DNA of 64,000 nt from positions 882 to 64,881 of the forward strand of contig CAYGNF010000002.1 of assembly GCA_964351245.1 (NCBI GenBank), read 5' to 3'. Shown one piece after another: positions 57,407 to 64,000 of this stretch. The notes beneath the pieces are model-generated. The model searched no databases. It saw only the letters and a list, made by a program, of their open reading frames with translations, and was not told the DNA's origin. Source of the stretch: an uncultured Rickettsiaceae bacterium (lineage in GTDB: Bacteria; Pseudomonadota; Alphaproteobacteria; Rickettsiales; Rickettsiaceae). Each line of letters opens with the position of its first letter. Position 1 is the stretch's first letter. A program made the translations under genes and the position numbers.

Positions 57407-58024
57407 TTACTTAGAGTAAAACTCAATAATTAAGTTCACTTCTGGTTCAAAAGGAAATGGTATGTCAGATACTAGAGGAAGTCTGAGTAGCTTGCCTTGC
57501 ATTTGAGTAGAGTCAAAGCTAAAGTAGTCTGGGACTCTCCTTTCGCCTTTTGCAATAGATGCCAAGATCACAGGAAGTTGCTTTGATGATTCTTTTACTT
57601 CTACTATGTCTCCTAGTTTAAGATTATAACTTGGTATATTTACTCTCTTGCCATTTACTAATACATGACAATGTGTAACAAGCTGACGAGCTGAAAAAAT
57701 TGAGGGCGCTAAGGTCATTCTATATACTGCAACATCTAGCCTAGATTCTAAAATGCCTAGAAAATTCTCTCCAGTATTACCTTTTTTTCTTATTGCTTCC
57801 TTGAAGATGTTTCTAAACTGACGCTCGTTTATTCTACCATAATGAGATTTAACTCTTTGCTTAGCTCTTAAATGTATGCCATAGTCAGATAACTTAGACA
57901 TCGAAGAAGGCCCCTGCTGACCTGGTTTGTAATTTCTTTTATGGAAAGGATCATTTCCATCGCCCCATATTGTTACACCAAGTCTTCTGCTTGCTTTAAA
58001 CTTTGCGCTCACTATTTTTGTCAC
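57407..58024 (-). CDS. rpsD: 30S ribosomal protein S4
   Basis: [22 protein letters not shown] and an S4 RNA-binding domain ([39 protein letters not shown]). GTG start. Confidence 0.95.
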   Translation of the reverse strand: MTKIVSAKFKASRRLGVTIWGDGNDPFHKRNYKPGQQGPSSMSKLSDYGIHLRAKQRVKSHYGRINERQFRNIFKEAIRKKGNTGENFLGILESRLDVAVYRMTLAPSIFSARQLVTHCHVLVNGKRVNIPSYNLKLGDIVEVKESSKQLPVILASIAKGERRVPDYFSFDSTQMQGKLLRLPLVSDIPFPFEPEVNLIIEFYSK

Positions 58025-58215
58025 GTAAATATTCTCTCACTTTGATCAATAATTCAGAATTATATATACATAGGCAAGTAGAGTCAAACTAATTTTTTAC
58101 TGAGTGCTTAAGTTCATATAATTATGATAGTAGTGGCTGCTAGGAATTTATATCCACAGCAGTATGATCTACTCCTATGCATCTCTTTACATGCTCTAAC
58201 TTTTCTAAATCTCAC

Positions 58216-58758
58216 TTAATAATACTTAATTTCCCATTTATTATCATCCTCCTTAAGACAAAACATCGCTAAATCGCAATTATCAAGAGTTCTTAAAGGG
58301 AGTTTATAATATAACAATAGAGTGGCAAAAGTGAAGCCGTGCCCAACAAACAATATTCCTTGGTCCTCATTTCCTATATTTTCTTCTATAACTTTGACTA
58401 CACGATTCTGAAATGATTGCTTAGACTCTCCACCTGGAATAGTTATATCTCTAGGATGCTCAGATACTAATTTTGTGCATTCTTCATTGGGCAATGAGGT
58501 AAAATTACCTAAGTTGAGCTCTCTGAGATTTTCTTCTACTTGAATCTCTGATAGCCATATAATTTCTGCCGTATGTTTTGCTCTTAAGAGAGGGCTACAA
58601 ATAACTTTTTTTATCCCTAAATTACTAGCGATTTTTTTCTTTAAAATATGAGCTTGAGTAATACCTTTTAAAGTAAGGGGGCAATCTATTAAACCACCTG
58701 CAGCAATTTTTTTTTCATTATATTCAGACTCTCCGTGTCTTACAAAATAAAATCTCAT
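58216..58758 (-). CDS. Histidine phosphatase (phosphoglycerate-mutase-like) family protein
   Basis: MRFYFVRHGESEYN (RHG motif) and a second catalytic His in FVGHG. Confidence 0.8.
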   Translation of the reverse strand: MRFYFVRHGESEYNEKKIAAGGLIDCPLTLKGITQAHILKKKIASNLGIKKVICSPLLRAKHTAEIIWLSEIQVEENLRELNLGNFTSLPNEECTKLVSEHPRDITIPGGESKQSFQNRVVKVIEENIGNEDQGILFVGHGFTFATLLLYYKLPLRTLDNCDLAMFCLKEDDNKWEIKYY

Positions 58759-58848
58759 AATTTACCTTATATATTATCCTCTAGCAACTGGTAAAAACTT
58801 ACTAATATCTCCTAATCATATTACCAATCAAATTTATAGACTCCATCA

Positions 58849-60405
58849 TCAGACTTGCGAATTCATACATACATCATTAATTTTGCGCATTAATTCTTCT
58901 TTTTGATAAGGTTTTCTTAGATATCCCGCAGCCCCGAGGGATAATGCCTCCTTGATTTGGGTTTCATCTAGAGTACCCGTCTGAAGTATGACTGGAATAT
59001 GCTTTAATTCCTTGCTACTTTTAATTTTTCGTAACACTTCTATGCCATCAATCTCTGGCATCATTAAATCTAATAAAATAATATTAATATTTTGGGCTTT
59101 TTCTCTATCAGATAAAATACTAAGTCCTTCAGCCCCGCTTTGTGCTTTTATTAAATCGATATTAGAAGAGTATAGTATCATTTCTGCGGTACTAAGACAT
59201 ATTTCTTCGTCATCTATTATAAGGACTGTTTTTCTATTGGCGCTGAGCTCTCCGGACTCGGCATTATCATTATCTGTATTTTGCAAGATTCCTTCTTGTT
59301 TTAAAGGTGGATCTAAATGGACTGGGATTTTAAGTCCAAAACGTGCTTCGTGCATATCATCATCATAAATTATATCTATTGTGCCTTTATGAGCCTTAGC
59401 TATTTGCTTAGCAACTATAAGACGAAGCTTAAAGCAATCTTGCATCTCCCTGAGAGGTTTTTCTAATTCCGGCAATATTAGCATTTGTTTTAATACAGAA
59501 GGAGAAATATTGATTTTTGTGCATATTATTTCAAGCAATATAGTTTGTTGATCATTGCTAGTATACGATATCGAAACCTCGATTTTACCCTTACCTGGAC
59601 TATTCAACTTGCATGCATTCATTAATAAATTTCTTACTATATGTTCTAATTTGATCCTATCTCCTATTACAAATAAACTATTGATCTTGCGATTATCTAA
59701 AACTAGATTATTGAAAATAAGGTCATCTGTTGGAATATGACTAAAATTTTCACGCACTTCTTGTATTACAGTTTGAGTCATTTCTATGAAATCAAGTTGT
59801 TGTGTATGCAGTACAAAGGTATTGGTGATAAAATTAGTAAAATCAAATAAATTATTCGCTAGATGCTGCAATCTAGCCGTACTTGATTTGATATTTTCTA
59901 AATATCGAGCTCGTACTTGATCAGAAAGTTTATGATAACGTTTTGTAAACACATTCACTAAATTTGTAAGACCATGGATAGGAGTTCTGAGCTCGTGACT
60001 CACTATATTCATAAAATCTGCTTTTTTATAATTTGAGCTTATTTCCTTTATATACTCGGCTAGTTTTGAGAAATCCGAAGATGTAGAATGCCCAACTTTA
60101 TTGCTAATTATTGAGCGAGATCCCTTTGCGGTGCGCCATATGAGGTATATGCACAATATAAGTAACAATACCCAACCTAGTTGAAATATCATACCACTAA
60201 AACCACTGTCTATATTGGGGGTTTTTTGAGTAGTATTTATATCAGCAATACTAGGTAAGTGAGATGAAGCAACGACTGTATCAGCAACATCTTCATAATC
60301 TGCATGAGGAATTCTTGTAGCATCTCTTGCATGCGTAATATTCAGAAGTCTTAAATCTAAAATAATAGAGCATAATATTAGCATACAAAATTTCTTGACA
60401 TTCAT
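58849..60405 (-). CDS. Hybrid sensor histidine kinase / response regulator (ATP-binding boxes degenerate)
   Basis: Two N-terminal hydrophobic segments. H-box FMNIVSHELRTPIHGL and N-box RNLLMNACK. The G1/G2 positions read IICTKINI and DCFKLRLIVAKQIAKAHKGTI. The C-terminal receiver is intact (IIDDEE, LLDLMMPEIDG, LQTG, RKP). Confidence 0.8.
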   Translation of the reverse strand: MNVKKFCMLILCSIILDLRLLNITHARDATRIPHADYEDVADTVVASSHLPSIADINTTQKTPNIDSGFSGMIFQLGWVLLLILCIYLIWRTAKGSRSIISNKVGHSTSSDFSKLAEYIKEISSNYKKADFMNIVSHELRTPIHGLTNLVNVFTKRYHKLSDQVRARYLENIKSSTARLQHLANNLFDFTNFITNTFVLHTQQLDFIEMTQTVIQEVRENFSHIPTDDLIFNNLVLDNRKINSLFVIGDRIKLEHIVRNLLMNACKLNSPGKGKIEVSISYTSNDQQTILLEIICTKINISPSVLKQMLILPELEKPLREMQDCFKLRLIVAKQIAKAHKGTIDIIYDDDMHEARFGLKIPVHLDPPLKQEGILQNTDNDNAESGELSANRKTVLIIDDEEICLSTAEMILYSSNIDLIKAQSGAEGLSILSDREKAQNINIILLDLMMPEIDGIEVLRKIKSSKELKHIPVILQTGTLDETQIKEALSLGAAGYLRKPYQKEELMRKINDVCMNSQV

Positions 60406-60584
60406 ATAAAAAACAAATTTAATTAGGGTGGCTATTATAATATACAGTGATTACTTTATTGCTAATAAAAATCATGGCACAACTTAATACAATACTAATT
60501 TATTTACAATAATAATTTTGTAACAGAAGTATTAATGGCAAAAGAATAATTTACTAATGTAACATCTTTAAAAAATTCTATCAA

Positions 60585-61487
60585 ATGAAAGGCATCATTC
60601 TTGCTGGGGGTCTTGGGACCAGGCTATACCCCCTAACCTCCTCAATAAGTAAACAACTATTACCGGTCTATGATAAACCGATGATATACTATCCTATGGC
60701 CAATCTAATGCAAGCAGGTATCAAAGATATTCTTGTAATTAGCACTCCATGGGATACGCCTCTGATCTCTAAAGCCTTAGGCGATGGTTCAGATTTTGGA
60801 ATTAATTTAAGTTACGAAGTGCAAAATAAGCCAGAAGGTATAGCGCAGAGCTTTATTATTGCAGAAAAATTCATTGGGGACTCTTCGGTCTGCTTGATTC
60901 TTGGCGATAATATTTTTTATGGTCCTACATTTGCAGATCAAGTCTTGATGGCAACCAAAATAACAAAAGGAGCCAGAATTTTTGGCTATAGAGTATCCGA
61001 TCCTGAGAGATATGGGGTAATAGATTTTGATAATCACGGTAAAATTTGTCGAATAATAGAAAAACCAAAGCAATTTGTATCTAATTTTGCTGTTACGGGA
61101 CTATATTTTTATGATAATACAGTAGTACAAAAAGCAAAGCAAATAAACCCTTCAGCAAGGAGGGAGCTTGAAATCACCGATATTCAAAATTTATACATAC
61201 AAGAAGGTACACTAGATGCAACATTGCTAGAATACGGAGAAGCATGGCTTGATGCAGGTACATTTGATTCATTGCTTGAGGCTTCTTTGTATGTGCAGGT
61301 GATTGAAAAAAGACAAGGAGTGAAAATATCGTGCCCAGAAGAAATTGCTTTATCGAAGGGGTGGATTAGTAAAGAGTTTTTAGAAAAAAAACTTGGTACC
61401 CTAAAGAAGAATGAATACACGGAGTATTTATCTCATTTACTAATTCGTTTAGATTCAGAATGTTCTAGATCTAAAGAGCATAAGTAG
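60585..61487 (+). CDS. rfbA: Glucose-1-phosphate thymidylyltransferase
   Basis: MKGIILAGGLGTRLYPLT..ISKQLLPVYDKPMIYYP, and LGDNIFYG. Confidence 0.9.
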   Translation: MKGIILAGGLGTRLYPLTSSISKQLLPVYDKPMIYYPMANLMQAGIKDILVISTPWDTPLISKALGDGSDFGINLSYEVQNKPEGIAQSFIIAEKFIGDSSVCLILGDNIFYGPTFADQVLMATKITKGARIFGYRVSDPERYGVIDFDNHGKICRIIEKPKQFVSNFAVTGLYFYDNTVVQKAKQINPSARRELEITDIQNLYIQEGTLDATLLEYGEAWLDAGTFDSLLEASLYVQVIEKRQGVKISCPEEIALSKGWISKEFLEKKLGTLKKNEYTEYLSHLLIRLDSECSRSKEHK

Positions 61488-61508
61488 TATGGTCAAATTA
61501 CTAAAAAT

Positions 61509-62249
61509 CTAATGCCCACTTACCGCATCTCTTAAATAGACGCATGCAAGCACTGCGAATATATATGCCTGTAATATCGCAACAAACATCTCGAATCCTG
61601 TCAGCATAAGAATCATAGGAACTGGCAATAGTTTTGTAATATGAGGCAATATCACAACAAATCCAGCTAGTACTTTTAAAAATACATGCCCTGCTACCAT
61701 ATTAGCAGCGAGCCTCAGAGATAAGCTAATGGGCCTAGCGAAAAAAGTAAATAACTCAATTACAATCATTAAAGGCATAAGCCAGGCTGGTACTCCCCGT
61801 GGTGTAAAGAGCTTCAAAAACCCGAAACCCTGGTACTTAAATCCAGCTACGATTAAAGTCAAGAATACTAAGATGGATGGTACAATAGTGGCTGAAATAT
61901 GACTTGTTGTTGTAAATGAGTAAGGAATCATCCCAAATAAATTAGCTGATGCAATAAACAAAAATAGACTCAATATCATTGGGATAAATTTCTTGCCAGA
62001 TTCTCCCATATTATCGTACGACATTTTTTCTATCAGTAGGTACGTATTCTCGCATGCCATATGCATTTTTCCCGGCACTCCTCTATTGTTAGTCTGCAGC
62101 ACCAAAATGAGTAAAATCATTAGGGACGTAATAATAATCATTGTCATACTAGAGTTTGTTATACTTATATCAAAGCCTAACAATTCTAGCTTTAATATAG
62201 GATAAATAATAAATTGATCCAATGGTCCATGATGTGCTTCTGTGCTCAT
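61509..62249 (-). CDS. atpB: F0F1 ATP synthase subunit a
   Basis: 246 aa, polytopic. ARPISLSLRLAANMVAGH carries the essential Arg motif. Confidence 0.9.
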   Translation of the reverse strand: MSTEAHHGPLDQFIIYPILKLELLGFDISITNSSMTMIIITSLMILLILVLQTNNRGVPGKMHMACENTYLLIEKMSYDNMGESGKKFIPMILSLFLFIASANLFGMIPYSFTTTSHISATIVPSILVFLTLIVAGFKYQGFGFLKLFTPRGVPAWLMPLMIVIELFTFFARPISLSLRLAANMVAGHVFLKVLAGFVVILPHITKLLPVPMILMLTGFEMFVAILQAYIFAVLACVYLRDAVSGH

Positions 62250-62293
62250 ATCTATACCTAATAATTTATATAGATAATAGCATCGACAATAAA

Positions 62294-64000
62294 TTATTTC
62301 AACAAAGAATCTATGGCCTTGCTGATCTCGGTGAATGACATACCCTTCTCAAAAATTTTGTTATTGATAATCATAGTAGGAGTGCCTTCAAAACCTTCAG
62401 TTCTTGATAAGAGCTTAGATTGATTCATTAGATATATACCTAATTTTTTATCATCCAAGCATTCTTGATATCTCTCAGAGTTGATTCCTCCAATTAATGC
62501 TATACTTCCGAGCAACTCTTTATGATTTCTATTAAAAGCCCAAGTATCTTGTTTATCTAATAAAGCATCGTGAAGTAATTGGCGCCTTAATTTATCTGCG
62601 CATAAACATAGAATAGAGGCGTTTAAATCTTGAGATGTAAACACAATTGCTCGTGAGATAAAGGCTATCTTCTTAGTATCAATATATTTTGCTTTGATTT
62701 TAGGATATATGTATTTATGAAAATATGCACAATGCGGGCATGCGTATGAGAAATATTCTATCACTACAATTTTTGATTCTGGATCTCCCTCTATAACATC
62801 AAACTCGTAAAACTTACCAGAATTTGTATGATCTTTAGTATGAGTGGGTATATCTACCTTGGATGCAGAAGAAGTAAGTGAGTTAATGTCCTTAATAGAG
62901 GAGGTATGCTGAATTTGTGACTCGGTACTTGAGGAGGAGTTGCTAGATAAGGAAATACTATCTGGGGGTCTATTAGGATTTTCGGTTGACCGGTCCTGAC
63001 TTTCTGTGGAGCGAAGAGCTGACTGATCCTCGGCGATAATCTCACCTGCATTACTTAAAATATCGCGGACTTCCTGAGAATTATTCTGAGATTCGTGCTC
63101 CATAATATTAGAAGTCTTGGCTTGATGAATAATAGTATCCTCAGGATCATCACTACTTGATTTCTTATAATTATCTTTGCTTGCAGATACATCTCGATTC
63201 TCTGAAATATCCTTATCTTTTTTACCATTAGTTAATCGCTCAATCAGAGTCATAACTCTATCGGTGATTGAGAAATTTTTCTTTTTAGATTCCTCGGGTC
63301 TATGTATTGCATGAGTAACTATCACATCAGAACTTTGCTTTGTTTGCATAGGGCTCGATATTTTAGCTTCTTCTTGCTTTCTTTGCTCTTCTGAGAGTTT
63401 TTCTTGTTGGATCTTGTGTTTGATCTTCGCAATCTTTGCCTCTTCTGCCCGAAGTGCTTCGGCTGCTTTTTTACGGGCTTCTTCTGCTAACCGAATTTCT
63501 TGCTCAGATTTATTCTTTTGCTCTTCTGCCAGCCTTGCTTCTTCTTCTTGCTTTCTTTGCTCTGCTGCAAGTTTTTGTTCTTTGATATTGTTTTTAATCT
63601 CCTCCAGCTTTGCTTCTTCTGCTATTATAGCCTCTTCTGTTTTTTTACGGGCTGCTTCTGCTAATTGCATTTTTTGCTCAGCTTTACTTTTTTGTTCTTC
63701 TGCAAGCTTTGCTTCTTCTAGTCTTTGCTTGTGAATTTCAGCAAGCTTTTCTGCTTCTGCTTTTATAGCTACTTCTATCTTTTGCTGAATCTGGGCAAGT
63801 TTTGCTTCTTCTGCATTCGTAGCTTCTTCTGCTAATTGCATTTTTTGCTCAGCTGCGTTCTTTTGCTCTTCTGCAAGCTTTGCTGCTTCTAGTCTTTGCT
63901 TGTGAATTTCAGCAAGCTTTTCTTCTTCTGCCTTCCTAGCTTCTTCTGATTTTTTACGGGCTTCTTCTGCTAACTGAATTTCTTTCTCGGTTTTACTCTT
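62294..64000 (-). CDS. DsbA-family thiol:disulfide oxidoreductase fused to a long E/K/A-rich repeat region (5' end outside the window)
   Basis: C-terminal thioredoxin fold with VVIEYFSYACPHCAYF (CPHC at 62729-62740). I translated 63842-64000 by hand in the same frame and found no stop (KSKTEKEIQLAEEARKKSEEARKAEEEKLAEIHKQRLEAAKLAEEQKNAAEQK). The ORF is therefore open to the window edge, and the ATG at 63841 is probably internal. Confidence 0.75.
   Translation of the reverse strand, partial: KSKTEKEIQLAEEARKKSEEARKAEEEKLAEIHKQRLEAAKLAEEQKNAAEQKMQLAEEATNAEEAKLAQIQQKIEVAIKAEAEKLAEIHKQRLEEAKLAEEQKSKAEQKMQLAEAARKKTEEAIIAEEAKLEEIKNNIKEQKLAAEQRKQEEEARLAEEQKNKSEQEIRLAEEARKKAAEALRAEEAKIAKIKHKIQQEKLSEEQRKQEEAKISSPMQTKQSSDVIVTHAIHRPEESKKKNFSITDRVMTLIERLTNGKKDKDISENRDVSASKDNYKKSSSDDPEDTIIHQAKTSNIMEHESQNNSQEVRDILSNAGEIIAEDQSALRSTESQDRSTENPNRPPDSISLSSNSSSSTESQIQHTSSIKDINSLTSSASKVDIPTHTKDHTNSGKFYEFDVIEGDPESKIVVIEYFSYACPHCAYFHKYIYPKIKAKYIDTKKIAFISRAIVFTSQDLNASILCLCADKLRRQLLHDALLDKQDTWAFNRNHKELLGSIALIGGINSERYQECLDDKKLGIYLMNQSKLLSRTEGFEGTPTMIINNKIFEKGMSFTEISKAIDSLLK
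63350..64000 (-). repeat. Imperfect in-frame tandem repeats (units about 138-174 bp) encoding AEEQK...LAEEARKK...AEEAK helical repeats
   Basis: Blocks 63700-63760 and 63871-63931 differ at 2 of 61 positions (offset 171 bp). ctgctaattgca recurs at 63658 and 63829. More diverged copies start near 63484 and 63966. Confidence 0.85.

Noticed and set aside
58988-59368. 126-aa ORF antisense to the hybrid histidine kinase. Similar antisense or shadow ORFs in the track include 2773-2958, 2995-3219, 3421-3762, 9404-9697, 25357-25629, 32523-32795, 39890-40168, 52040-52351, 53545-53805 and 63414-63734.
   Set aside because: All lie wholly inside, or opposite to, long ORFs with strong family motifs. Their products are low-complexity and motif-free, as expected for chance ORFs in AT-rich DNA.

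Overview
AT-rich, very gene-dense bacterial chromosome segment with short spacers and many ATGA-type or 4-14 bp gene overlaps. I count about 58 protein genes and one tRNA. I found no rRNA, CRISPR array, transposase, integrase or phage genes. Gene content points to an obligate-intracellular alphaproteobacterium of the order Rickettsiales. This is inference from several things: a Rickettsiales-vir-homolog (rvh) type IV secretion block (virB3, virB4, then five tandem divergent virB6 paralogues), ProP-type MFS transporters, a Psd protein I recognise as close to Rickettsia Psd, sucAB, tlyC-ybeY, and LPS genes (kdsB, an O-antigen-ligase-like gene, rfbA). Most of the window is ordinary housekeeping: sucAB, argS, dnaB, rpe, tpiA-secG, ychF, lipB, rnhA, alr, mlaEF, rpsD, atpB. 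The unusual part is 33.7-54.2 kb. There the 15.4 kb T4SS block is bracketed by two type III (flagellar-type) export-gate genes, flhB upstream and flhA convergent downstream. A lipoprotein gene and a ParA-like ATPase gene sit next to flhA, and no other flagellar gene is visible in 64 kb. Other points worth a second look: a hybrid histidine kinase whose ATP-binding boxes look degenerate; a DsbA-type CPHC oxidoreductase fused to a long E/K/A-rich tandem-repeat region that runs off the window end; a 447-aa SAM methyltransferase; and a structured long leader upstream of cspA. I cannot show that any of this is an undescribed system. The flhB / T4SS / flhA arrangement is the best candidate, and it needs whole-genome context to judge.
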